From NCBI RefSeq assembly GCF_963921235.1, contig NC_086097.1, positions 102,922,001 to 102,986,000 of the forward strand: DNA of 64,000 bases, in the 5' to 3' direction. The notes beneath the pieces were generated by a model, which was given only the letters and a program-made list of their open reading frames with translations, did not search any database and was not told where the DNA came from. This document shows, piece after piece, positions 1 through 11,185 of this stretch (its first letter is position 1; each line of letters starts with the position of its first letter). The translations under genes and the position numbers were made by a program. This stretch comes from Mobula hypostoma (lineage: Eukaryota).

Positions 1-229
1 TCAACACGTTTTACAGCCTTAGAAGGGAAACAAATTTAGGGATTTATTTCACATGATACATTATAGAAATGGGTCATTTGGCACAAAAAGTCTCCCCTGG
101 TGTTTAGACCCCATACAAGCCTTCCCTCAGACAAGATCATGTCACCCTCTCTAATCATTTGTAATTACATGACAAACATACTGGGTCAAAGCATTAAACA
201 CTGCACTTTGACTATTACATAGTGAGTTG

Positions 230-285
230 TAGAGTCATACAGTACAGGAGCAGGTCCTTTGGCTCATCCTGTTTGTGCTAACTAC
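230..285 (-). mobile_element. CR1 LINE 3' tail/UTR fragment; the rest of this copy lies at 7185-7870 beyond the Gypsy insertion
   Basis: tagagtcatacagtacaggagcaggtcctttggctc resembles the CR1 3' end at 11620 and continues after the LTR element. Confidence 0.6.
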
Positions 286-806
286 TGTAACCCCCAGGTT
301 CTCTTGACTGCGTAAGTCTAAGAAAGACAATCTCTGGCCCCACCAAATGTGTGAAATCGAGGTGCGAAACCTTCTGTTTGTGTGGATGCTGCATGATATG
401 TTACCCTGTTACTAACAGACAGTACACCATATGCAATGAAACAATTTAGCTTTATAATTCTTAATTTGACTAAAGGGTTAGTGAAGAAAAACAAAAAGAA
501 AAGGGCCCATTTTAATGAAACAGTCTAATATGCACAAGTTGGAGCTCACGGTTTCCCCTTCACCGATCCTCCTTCGACCTCCCCGGGCTTCGTCAGATCA
601 TGGTCCCTTTCCAGCATCTTCTTTCTTCATCTTCCACCAAACAAAAGACGCAGATCACCCTGGTGTCAGGCACACGGCATGAAATCACCCTCCCGTCATT
701 GGACAGCTCACATTCCAAAGCACCCGTTATCTCTAACCATAACCCAAACACTGTAGCTACAGAAAGACCATTACATTAGCAGCAAAACCTTTCCCAGGGT
801 GTTACA
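286..806 (-). repeat. 3' LTR of Gypsy element 1
   Basis: tgtaac...gttaca termini; direct repeat of 6780-7184; adjacent to the PPT. Confidence 0.93.
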
Positions 807-820
807 CTCTTCCCCCCCAC
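807..820 (-). other. Polypurine tract
   Basis: Minus strand GTGGGGGGGAAGAG immediately precedes TGTAAC of the 3' LTR. Confidence 0.88.
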
Positions 821-830
821 CAGAATTTAG

Positions 831-3800
831 TCATGTCCTCATGACATTGAGATAATTTGCCAAAACTTCATTCAAAGCACAAAGTCCAACCCAGGTGCAA
901 AAGGCAGTGACAGGTGCCACACTCTGTTCCCCCAGTGCTACATAGGCCAGCCTATCCAGTGGTCTCCTGATTCTTTGAGACCTCCTTACCCCCTCATCTA
1001 CTTCTTCAGGTTCAGACATTCCTTGGGATACTTCAGCTCTACCTGATGAGGTCTCCCTCAGTCTATCACTCATGCCCTCCTGCAACTCCGACCCCTCCGT
1101 CCCTTGGCTGAGCCCCACTTCATCCTTTGCAGGGTCCCGCTGAAACCCAGTCTGTCCACAGATAGTCCCCCCAACTTCACCTGACTCAGTGTGAGAAGGG
1201 TTGGGAATCTCTTCCTCAGTCACTGGGAGTCAGCAAAAGGCAGCATATACTGCACCTCCATTTCCTCATCCTCCGAGTCTGTATCCCATTCAATGGTGGG
1301 GGCAGTCTAATCTCTCCTACTGTTGGTCCTTCAGTTGCTCTGTGTTGCTGTGGAGTCCTCCTAATAGGTGTAGGCTCCAGGTCGGGCTCTGGGTCAACAC
1401 GCATCTCTTGTCCCAGAGGCAGAGGTGGTTCTGATGGAGAGTATTGACAGGCCCATTCCCATCCTCTGGTTTCACTCGGAAAACTGGTATATTTGGAATC
1501 TGACTCTCCACTGCATAGGGCATAGCCGCCCAGCGGTCAGTCAACATATGCTTCCCAGGTAGCCCCAAGTTCCTTATGAGGACTTGGTCTTTCGGCATAA
1601 GTTGGGAGAACCTAACCTTTTAATCATGCCTTCTCTTATTTCCTTGATTTTGCTTACCAGCTGCGACCTCAGCTAATTTATAAGCCTTTTTCGGCTCCCT
1701 TCTCATATCAGACACATACTTCCGATAAGTCGTCAGTGGTAGGTCTTCCTCGCCAGACCCAAAACAAAGGTTGCCTCACGCCCAAACTTCAGATAATATG
1801 GCGAGTACCTGGTAGCTTCATTTCGTGTACAGTTGTAGCAGTGGACCAGATGTCCAATATGTTGACTCCACTTGTTCTTTTACTGATTTCCAAGGTTCCG
1901 AGTATGTCTAGAAAGGTCTGATTAAACCTCCCTGGCTGGGGATCACCCTTCGGGTAATAAGGAGTAGTCCTCGACTTCTCGACTCCAAGCATGCCCATGT
2001 ATGAGCCTACTTTCGAAATCCTGTCCCTGATCACTATGTATCCATCTGGGAAGGCCATAATAAATAAAATACTTCTCCCATAACACTTTGGCCACTGTGG
2101 ACACCCTCTGGTCCTTGGTAGGAAAAGCTTGCACATATCTGGTGTAGTGATCCATGATGACTAAGACATTCGCCATGTTGCTGGCATCTGGCTCTATTGA
2201 TAGGAAATCCATACAAACCAGGTCAAGGGGCCCCACACTCTGCAAGTGGGACAATGGAGCTGCCCTCATAGGCAGTGTCTTCCTCCGTATGCATCAAATG
2301 CATGACTTGAAGTATTCTTCGACCTCCAGCTTCATTTGGGGCCAGTAAAACCAGTCTCTGAACAATCCATAGGTCTTTTCAACCCCCAAAAGGCCAGGAT
2401 TGTCATGAAATGACTTTAACACAATCCTCCGATACTTCTTAGGCAGAACCAGCTGAGAATGTTGAGGCTGCTCTAGAGGTAACATGACCCAGTATAGGAT
2501 CTGGTTCCTCAACTCCAACCTGGTCCACTTTCTCAGTAATGGATGCACTACAGCATGTTTCATCTTCTGCATTTTGCCATGTCTCCTTTTTCCACCACTG
2601 ACCAAATGGTACCGTTGCCCAGGTCATCTCGCTGAGCAGCTGTCAATTCTGGTAACTGATTTGTCCTTAGAGCAGAGAGGTTACAGTAAACTTGTGGAAT
2701 GGCGTCATCAGAAGCTCCCAGTTGATCTACCGCTCAATCCAGCCCTTGCCTTCCATCTGTCTTCACCATGATGGCAAACTGGCACATGGCTTTCACCCCT
2801 AAGACAGGAATGCTCTCCCACTCTTCGTCCCTGTCCAGCCTTTGTGTGCATGTCAGCATCAATATTCCTACTTCCTGGCCAGTACTTTAGGCTGAAATCA
2901 TAGGCAGACAACGCTGCCAACCACCGATGGCCTGTGGCAATCATTTTCGCCAAGGTCAGGATATTAAGTTAGGGGATTATTGTCCATCCTCACCTCAAAC
3001 TTGGCACCATAGAGGTAGTCACTCAACTTATCCACCACAGTCCATTTCAACGCCAGCAACTCCAACTTGTGCATGGGCTAGTTTTACTTAGAGGGAGACA
3101 GACTCCGGCTGACAAATGAAACAGGTTTCAATCCAGAGCCCTGATCCTGATACACAACACCCCCTAAGCCCTCTCTGCTGGCATCCGTATGCAGTACATA
3201 CGACAATTGAGGGTCTGCAAAAGTCAGCATAGGCACCTGGGTCAGCAGCTCCTTCAGCGACTGAAAGGCTTCTTCATATTTCGCATCCCACCTTGGTCCA
3301 AATGGCTCCAAAGGGCTAAGATATTCTTTACCCTTCTCTCCTTTTGTTCTCCTCCCTTCCCGATGGTAACCCCACAGCAGCTGATTTAAAGGGTGACTCA
3401 CTTTCACGTGGCCCTTCACAAACTCTGATAGTACCCACTGAACCCAAGGAATGAGCACATAGCGCTCACAGTCTGGGGCCTTGGCCATGTGGTCACCACC
3501 TCTATCTTAGATGGATCCGTAGCTACTCCATTCCGTGAGACTATGTGCCCAACGTAGTTGACAGACGTCTTTCAGAACTGGCACTTGTCCAGGAAAAGTT
3601 TTAACCCTTCAGCTTTCAGGCGGCCCAGCACCTTCAGCAGCCTCACTTCATGTTCCTCCAAGGTTGATCCAAACGCTTTGAGGGCATCCAGATACACCAA
3701 TACCTCACGCAAGTTTTTATCATCCATCGTTTTCTCCATAACATGCTGGATGGTCACAGGTGCTCCCATTAGGCCCTGGGGCACCCTTTTAAACTGGAAG

Positions 3801-5210
3801 AATCTCAGTTGACGTATAAATGCCGTCTTCTCTTTGTCAGTCTCACTCATGGGAATTTGCTAATATCCACTCATCAAGTCCGGCACACTGAACCACTTTG
3901 CACCACTACAACAAGCCAGTACGTGTTCAATCCTCAGGACCGTATACTGGTCGGGGACAGTGCACCTGTTCAAAGTCCGATAGTGCACGCACATCCGTAC
4001 CTTCCCATTCTTCTTCCTGGCCATGACTACTGGGACTCATAGGGGCTTTGGGACTTGGTAATGATCCCAGCTTCCTCCAATTTACACAAATGCTGCTGAA
4101 CATCTTCCACCTCTGCAGGGGCCAGTCGCCGTGACATCTCTGTCAATGTGGTGTCCTCAGTTACCCAGATAGTGTGATGAGTGCTCTTGGAACAACCCAC
4201 GTCAAACTTGTCAGTGGAAAAGGCACCTTCCAACTTCAACATCTTCCCTATCAACTTCCTCTTCCAACCCACAGGTACCGGGGAGTCCCTAAAGTTGAAT
4301 GATTCAGCAGTCAACTTTCCCCCTTTTGCAGATAGTTTCTCCCCGGTTTGTCTCACAGGGACACTCGACATTACCATCACTGGGAAGAGATGTGCTGGGG
4401 CCAACCCCGCTTGAAAGTGACCTCCTTCTTTGTAGTGTTCCTGACAGTCACTGCCATCCTGTTCGTCTGTACAACCGAGGGTTTCTGCAATTTGGACCTC
4501 ACCAGTACCCCAGCAGGCATTTCCGACTCCTCTCCGTGGTCTTCCGGATCATCCACCAAGAGGGTCTTGCCCTCAGGCATTCTGGGAAATTTGGGGTTTC
4601 CCATTATTCTCTCTACTTCCCCAGGCCGTAACACGATTGGCTTTGACTGGGTGAACCACATGGTCCCTCATGTAAACTCGTTATCTGGCCCAATGCAGCC
4701 ACGCATTTCCTCAAAAACAGCTCGAATCACCGGGTGAACGGACAATGTTCTCAGGAATCTCTCTCCAGCTTTCTCCTTGCAGGCTCCCATGAGCCTCCTC
4801 GCAATAGGAGTGTTGGTCCCCACAAGAATTGAAACACCGACTCTCTCAATGAGGTCCGGACAAACTAGAGCTAATGTATCAAGGACCTCAGCCACTCTCA
4901 CATCGTCCTCTGAAAACTCCAGCTTCACTGACAAATAACCATCATATAGATTATCACCCACACTAAGACCCCAGATCTCTAGTGCACTGAATTGCATCAA
5001 TGGTAAATGCGTCAAATACTGGTTGTAAAATGAATGGTACAGCAAAGTGACCTGCGACCTTGTGTCAAGAATGGCTCTAGCATAAATACCCTCTATCTGT
5101 AGCGATACACTGGAGCTTGGCCCCACTAAGCCTTCAAGAATATCGTCTTTTGCTTTAGGGTGTTCCTTGATATATTGCTGGGAATGTGTTCCTCGCCCCC
5201 CCCCCCCCAT
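831..5210 (-). pseudogene. pol: Gypsy pol (protease, RT, RNase H, integrase), broken by stops and frameshifts
   Basis: AILDTRSQVTL (protease), RVPQGL...VYLD (RT), YVLHTDASREGLG (RNase H), GPLDLVCMDF / IHSDQGQDFES (integrase), RRSQRIRRPLDRL tail. Confidence 0.93.
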
Positions 5211-5229
5211 ATGCTAGGCCTTCTCATCA

Positions 5230-6651
5230 CTGGATTTCTTTTAAATTTTCCCCACTACTCTGTCTGCTTAGGCAACTGGGTCTCACTCTCCGAGGGGTTT
5301 CCTGTCGTTCACACTCCCACCTGAAGTGTCCCTCTTCACCACAGTTATAACAGACAATACCGCTCACTCCCTTCTCATGTGACACTGGCTGCTAGCAGCC
5401 CTCCACATAGTCCATCTGCTTAGAGGATCCACCTCCCTATCAGCTCCATCATATGGGGGGGGGGGGTCACACCTGTTGATAACAACTGGGACATCTCAGT
5501 TCTCAACTCTACCACAGTCTCCTCTACTCCCTGGGGCAGGCTATCCGTGGTCACTTCATCGCAGGGGACCACTACTGAGGACTGTATCCTGCTGATGGAG
5601 GCCTCCTGTACCTCTGACGCATTCTCCTCCTCTCGTACCTCTGATCAGCTCAACAAATGAGGGAGGGGGTGTGTCTTACGAAATAGTCAGAGACCCCAAG
5701 CGATCAGGTCCTGGGACTGGGTGCCTTTCGCTATCTGGTCCATTCTTAACTGATCCACCTCAGCCGTCTGAATGGTGCCTCTACGCCGCAAGCAATTTAG
5801 CTGCCTCTCTAGCCGAAAGATGTAGACAGAAAGCTTCTCCCCCTTCTCCTGACACATGTTCTGAAACCCCGCCATGAGCTCCATTGGGCTTCCTGTTGCA
5901 CCGGACACCTTCTCTAGTGCTTGCATGTAGGGTGCAGAAGTGGCAAGGGGGTTCTGTGCCTTTACAGCTCTCACTATGTCAGCAGCCCGCCCACTCAAAC
6001 TTCCAACCAATCACTATCGCTCTATGTCATCAGAGCACTGCCACTCATCTACAACTGAGAGGTTTGCCTCACTCAAGTCTCATACTCCTCTTCCCCTTTA
6101 GGGGTGGGCTTCGTTCCTCAGAACAGGCTATGATAGCTGGAATTTTGAACCTGGGCATTTTCTAATTTATTCACCAGAGAGGCAAGGGCAGATACTAACT
6201 CAGAATTCTCACTCTGCGGGTGGGGACTCATTAGAAATTCCAAATCAGACCACTCCTTCCCCTCACTCCACAGAAACGAGAGCACCCTGTCTTTGGAGTC
6301 TCCATTCCCAGCTACGGGAGATTCAACTTGCAATTTGGCCCACTCTCCTACACTCTCCTCCTCCCAGAAAGTATGGACAGTTCATGACCCCACCTCTCCT
6401 GGGGCCCCAATAGTACCAGGCAGTTCCACCGCTGTTACGTTAGCGGTAGTCTGAACTAAACCAAAGTCTGTGCCTGCCATTTTATCAAACCTCTGCCCCA
6501 CAATCATAACTTTCCCTACAGTTTTAACAGCACTTAAAAGTCCAATTAACAATTCAGCAGGAGTATGAATATCTACCCCACTGAACACGCACACTTTCGT
6601 TACCGGTAACCCCATGGATGCACACCACCACTCAACCCCTGCAGCATCCAT
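5230..6651 (-). pseudogene. gag: PNMA-like gag with CCHC zinc knuckle, disrupted
   Basis: MDAAGVEWWC...GKVMIVGQRFD N-terminus, QEKGEKLSVYIFRLE capsid motif, CYNCGEEGHFRWEC knuckle at ~5310-5352; in-frame stop at 6382-6384 and frameshifts. Confidence 0.85.
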
Positions 6652-6757
6652 CCCCACGTATTGTAATCACTTTACCGTGCAGTAGTTTAGCACAGACTTA
6701 AACACACAACCCACTGGTTCAATGCTCAGGGCAATCACACAGCATCCAATGAAATCA

Positions 6758-6775
6758 ATCCCAGACGAGCCCCCA
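6758..6775 (-). other. Primer-binding site, tRNA-Pro type
   Basis: Minus strand TGGGGGCTCGTCTGGGAT, 17/18 identical to the canonical tRNA-Pro PBS TGGGGGCTCGTCCGGGAT, 4 nt inside the 5' LTR boundary. Confidence 0.9.
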
Positions 6776-6779
6776 CAAT

Positions 6780-7184
6780 TGTAAGCATCATGTTCTGTCG
6801 GCTGCTTAAGTCTAGGAAGACAATCTCTGGCCCCACCAAATGTATGAGATTGAGGTGCAAAACCTCCTGTTTGTGTGGATGCTGTGTGATGTGTTACCCT
6901 GTTATAAATTCGTACCACGAAATAACACCATATGCCATTAAACGATCTAGCTTTATAATTCTTAATTTGACTAGAGGATTAGTGAAGAAAATCGAAAAGA
7001 AAAGGGCCCATTTTAATGAAACAGTCTAATATGCACAAGTTGGAGCTCATGGTTTCCCCTTCACCGATCCTCCTTCGTCGGATCATGGCTCCACTCTGAA
7101 GTCTTCTCTCTTCATCTCCCATCGAACAAAAGACCCAGATCACCCTGGTTTCATTAGCAGTGAAACCTTTTCCAGGGTGTTACA
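6780..7184 (-). repeat. 5' LTR of Gypsy element 1 (internally deleted relative to the 3' LTR)
   Basis: tgtaag...gttaca; aligns to 286-806 but lacks ~110 bp corresponding to ~667-774. Confidence 0.92.
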
Positions 7185-7870
7185 CTATGAAGTGTCTTTC
7201 TATACTAAACCCATTCATCAGCACTTGGTCAGAGCCTTCAGAGCCTTGGCAATTCATGTACTTGTCTATATGCTTCTCATATGCTTAATCACTCCTACCT
7301 ACTCCATGTCCATATCCCTCCATCTTCCTTACATCCATACGCCTATCTAAACATCTCTTAAAAGCCTCCAAGGTACTGTATTTACCTCTACCAGCACATT
7401 CCAGGCATCCACGACTCCCTGAATAAATAACTTACTCCTCACATCCCCCTTGAACCTACCCCCTCTAACCTTCATTATGTGCCCTCTGGTATGAGATATT
7501 TCAACCCTGGGAAACAGATACTCCCCATCCACTCTACCTTTGCCTTTCATAATATTGTAAATCTCTGTCAGATCTCCCCTCAGCCTCCAGAGAAAACAAT
7601 CGAGTTTGTCCAGTCTTTCATGATTGCACATGCTCTCTAAACCAGGCAGCATCCTAAATTTCTTCTGCATTCTTTCCAAAGTCTCAACATCTTTCCTGTC
7701 GTGCGGTGAACAGAACTGTATGCAATACTCCAAATGTGTTCCTAACTAGAGTTTTATAAAGTTGCAACATAACCTCCTGAGTTTTGGACTAACAAAGGCA
7801 AGTAATTCCACAAGCCTTCTTAACCGCCTTATTGGCCTATGTAGCCACTTTCAAGGAACAATGAACTCTT
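7185..7870 (-). mobile_element. CR1 LINE 3' fragment
   Basis: ORF 7347-7733 EYCIQFCSPH...LERMQKKF...RLRGDL...TRGH is a CR1 ORF2 C-terminus. Confidence 0.9.
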
Positions 7871-8095
7871 AGTCACATCTTCAAAGTTCTCCTGGTCACA
7901 TCTTCAAAGAACTCCAGTGAAAGGGTCAAACTTGATGCCCCTTTCATAACTCCATTGTTCTCTATTATTCTTTTCGAGGTATTCTATTGTTACATTTTAG
8001 ATTATAGATTTTTTCCTGCTACTAAGCTTGAATTTTGAAGCAGGGTTTAAAACAAAGCAAAGGCAGTGAGACAAAACTAACTTTACCACAGGAAA

Positions 8096-8114
8096 ACTAC
8101 AATTCCCAGAATAC
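8096..8114 (+). promoter_or_regulatory. ZNF143/THAP11-type ACTACAnnTCCCAG promoter motif
   Basis: ACTACAATTCCCAGAATAC at the 5' edge of the CpG island. Confidence 0.8.
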
Positions 8115-8372
8115 CGCTGGCGCGGTGTCTTGTGAGGCGGAGAATGAAGGATTTGCGTGTCAGCTCGAGCGAACGAGCGTCAATCGTCGCCAATCAGAGC
8201 CAGCGCAGGGCGGGAGGGAAATGGTGTCCCGCCTTACGGTGCCGGGCACCGTCCAATGGCAGAAGCGAGACTGGAAGAGGAGCGGGTGGGCGTGGCGCGG
8301 CGCGTGCTTCGTGGTTTGGGTTGAATCGGCCGGTTGCGATGGTACAGAGCGACGTAAGAGGCTGCGGCAACC

Positions 8373-8411
8373 ATGGAGGGAGGAGGAGCTGGCGCTGGAG
8401 CCGCCTTCTGA
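8373..8411 (+). other. Candidate uORF1 (MEGGGAGAGAAF*)
   Basis: ACCATGG strong Kozak context; TGA at 8409-8411. Confidence 0.5.
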
Positions 8412-8480
8412 TTGAGGGGGACTTCCATCTCCTGACTACCCCGGGGTGTCCTTCACCCTCTTCTCGCCCCTCGCCGGGCA

Positions 8481-8519
8481 ATGAAACAGGGACGGCACAA
8501 AAGACCCCGCCGCTTGTAA
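8481..8519 (+). other. Candidate uORF2 (MKQGRHKRPRRL*)
   Basis: GCAATGA context; TAA at 8517-8519. Confidence 0.45.
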
Positions 8520-8580
8520 CATTAGGAGCGGGCGGCGGGGGCAAAAGCGGGCGGCCGTCGAGGGGGCGAATCGCACCGAG

Positions 8581-8599
8581 ATGTCGAGCGGTTCCACAG
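8581..8599 (+). CDS. Possible first coding segment (MSSGST, then a phase-1 intron) of the host gene
   Basis: GAGATG start followed by CAG|GTAAGC. An alternative start at ATG 8339 would give a phase-0 exon, and the exon could also be entirely UTR. Confidence 0.4.
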
Positions 8600-11019
8600 G
8601 TAAGCCTCGGGCAACAACTGTTTCTTCACACCAGGGCAGTGGGTGAGTGAGGCTGCTGCCGCTCTGCAACAACAGAGGCAGACAACGACCTGCTGCCGGT
8701 GGTCGGGGTGGGACAGCGGGCCGAGGTGGGGCGTCCCGTTAACAGGGTAGAATGGAGGGCGCCGGTTCTACTCTACTGATTGGGGTTTGGTTGCCTGGCC
8801 AAGTTCTGAGCAGATTTCCATTTTCCCACCTGGCCCTTTTAAGCGGAATCATTTATATGATGGTGCCGGATAGTTGAACGGATCCGCGGAAGGAAAACAC
8901 GGCTGATTGATCTGCACGTTCTGACTGACTAATTTCATCACGCCTGCTTCTGACACAGGCGCTGGAAGCAGTCAGCATTTTACTGAACATCCTTGGGATC
9001 CAGTCGGCCATGGTAATCTCCAAACGTGGGCATTATTTGCAGTGTATATTATGAAGGCCTCACAGAAATACGATTTATAAGATTGTTTCCTCTTCTAGAT
9101 ACCATTTAGGGGTTTGTTTTAGTTTACGTATTTTTGGAAGATGGCATTGACCTTGAAAGAACGCAGAAGCATTTGTTTGAAACCCAGTGGATATAAGCGG
9201 CGCGGTTTTTTTTGTTGTTGGAGGACATCATTTGGCTCTGACAGAATGGATCGACGAAATAACAGTGATAGAGCAGCTTTTGGCGATGCTGCAGAAAAAG
9301 CAACCCCACTGTAATATTTATTGCCTCATGGTGTATTCTGTTCATGCCTTTGCGTCACTAATATGTGCAGAGGCATTTATTTGCGTTCAATACCTGATGA
9401 TTTTTTTTTGAAATAAATGGGTTTTACTTGGGTTCTTTATTTAGAAAACTAGGTCTTATTTGCACGTTGGTATTGTTTTGTGGTAAGGGATTTCCTTGTG
9501 GCTTTCAAGGCCATTAGATTTGTGAATTTAGATAATCTATATATGTAAAATGATGCACAGATAATATTAATTATGGATTTGAAGGGTAATAGTTATTGAA
9601 ATTCAAATATGAATTTGCATTTAACCGTTTGAGTTGAGGCAACTAACTTGTGATAGTTACCTAAATTAGTGAGATAGATGAATTGATTTGCATTTTCTTT
9701 TCGTTTTATTATAAAATTTAAGGATTGTATAAGTAAGCATTGTTGTAGGAACTGCAACCTGATTGGTCATTGAAAGGTGTGGACAATACAGAAAACTGCT
9801 TTCACTTTCATTCTTTTAACATTCATTGTGGTTTCTGAACTTTATAACAGCAGTCTAGAGAAAATGTATATTTTGAAAAGAAGCTGATTGTTAGTCAAAC
9901 AAATAAGTCATTTCCTCAGTGTAAGTGTGATTTTATTTTTATAAAGAAATCCATTGTTCTTTAGCTAAGATGTGTTGTGAATCATCAACAGGATTCCACA
10001 GTGAAGTTAATTGATCAGATTTATGTAGTGATCTTGGAACAGTTTTTGTAATTTCTTACGGTATTTTAATAGGTGATTTTTTTTGTTTCCATATGTATGT
10101 AATTGTTCTGACAAGAAAAATGATAACAGAGAAAATGTAATTTTTTTTAGTTTAAACTGGATATTTCACATAATTTTTCAGTTGTATGCCTCCATTGTAC
10201 TTAGTACCCATGAGTGCTTAGGATGTATTTTTGTGTATTGGCAGCAGTAAGAACACTAACAGAAGACTGATTTTACCATTCACATATTCTTAAAGTCGAA
10301 ATAAATGCAGTGGTTGGTATAAATTAGTAATCTCAAAGAGCATAGGAAGTACTGATGAGCATTGTTACTGAGCCGTATTTTAACAAAAATTAGATGGCTG
10401 TCTGAGAGTAGAAACAGCATCATTGTTGGTTGGCTGTGGGATTTGACGCACCACATTTGTTTACAGTACTCAACGGTTTTCTGTGTTTTCTAGGCAATTC
10501 GTAACTGAGAGCTGCTTTTTTGAAAGCTCAAGTTTTAATGATGACTAACTCACTGATTTCATGAAGGTCTATACTGTAATATGATTTTTCATGAATTTAA
10601 CTACAAAGACCAGCAGGTCCAGGATTACAATATTATTGAACCCACGTGCTTTGGTTGTTAATCTATGAAGGATGGTCAGTATTTTGAAGTCTAGAAGGGA
10701 AAAGATAATGGTTGGTTCAAGTAGGTAAATAGTTATTGAAATAAATTGGTAATCATTCCATAGAAATTTAAACCTAGACTGTGGTTTTTGATGATTCTGA
10801 TAATAAACATACTGTTAGTTCAACTGACGTTGTTATAGGATAATGCAGTGCTGTGGAAATTAATTCTAAGATGCGATCTTGTTAACTTTAAAGGGAATAA
10901 AAGCCCAGCACAGTGTAAGTATAGTTATGTACAGTGTGTGTGTAGTTTGATAGATTACTTAAAAAGAACAGCATCAAATGTTATACTTAACATGGTTTTA
11001 CAAACCCCATGTGAATCCC

Positions 11020-11185
11020 AAAGGAAAATAATCTGCTTTTCGGTGTTGGTTCAGCGAGATTTATTTAGTGCTGAGAGCACTCCTGCTCTTCCTTGGTGCT
11101 GGGAAATATTTCATGTGCATTTGAGGGGTCATGAGTTTAATGTGCCATCTAAAATGCATAGCACTGATTCAGTTACTGTGCTGTA
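11020..11185 (-). mobile_element. Degenerate DeuSINE (SacSINE1/AmnSINE-like) Deu domain
   Basis: ataatctg..gtgttggtt..cctgctcttc..gtgc.tggga..tgagggg..gtttaatgt..catc..agcact..tcagttactg follows the recalled Deu-domain consensus order. Confidence 0.55.

Larger units (their letters stand above)
286..7184 (-). mobile_element. Full-length decayed Ty3/Gypsy LTR retrotransposon with PNMA-like gag
   Basis: Two TG...CA LTRs, 4-bp TSD ctac (282-285) / ctat (7185-7188), PBS, PPT, and gag-PR-RT-RNaseH-IN fragments in Gypsy order. Confidence 0.95.
8090..8780 (+). promoter_or_regulatory. CpG island / promoter and first exon of an unidentified host gene
   Basis: Abrupt CpG-rich, GC-rich segment; CCAAT boxes at 8190-8194 and 8253-8257, GC box at 8208-8214, reverse CCAAT at 8779-8783, strong splice donor at 8600. 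Confidence 0.85.

Noticed and set aside
5196..5208. Programmed gag-pol frameshift at the C13 run
   Set aside because: Long G/C homopolymers occur throughout the window and are unstable or error-prone, so they cannot be interpreted from a decayed copy.
5230..6651. Domesticated PNMA-like gene
   Set aside because: It has an in-frame stop and frameshifts and lies within a complete LTR element.
8035..8672. Several overlapping 60-170 aa ORFs as genes
   Set aside because: Expected from stop-codon scarcity in a CpG island; no recognisable domains.
9099..9411. Coding exon or small ORF downstream of the CpG island
   Set aside because: No recognisable homology and no convincing donor site.
10350..10560. 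Intronic C/D box snoRNAs (TGATGA...CTGA)
   Set aside because: Boxes are only about 10 nt apart and no terminal stems were seen.
10475..10730. Coding exon after the strong acceptor ttttctgtgttttctag
   Set aside because: All three frames stop within about 60 nt; a UTR exon cannot be excluded without RNA data.
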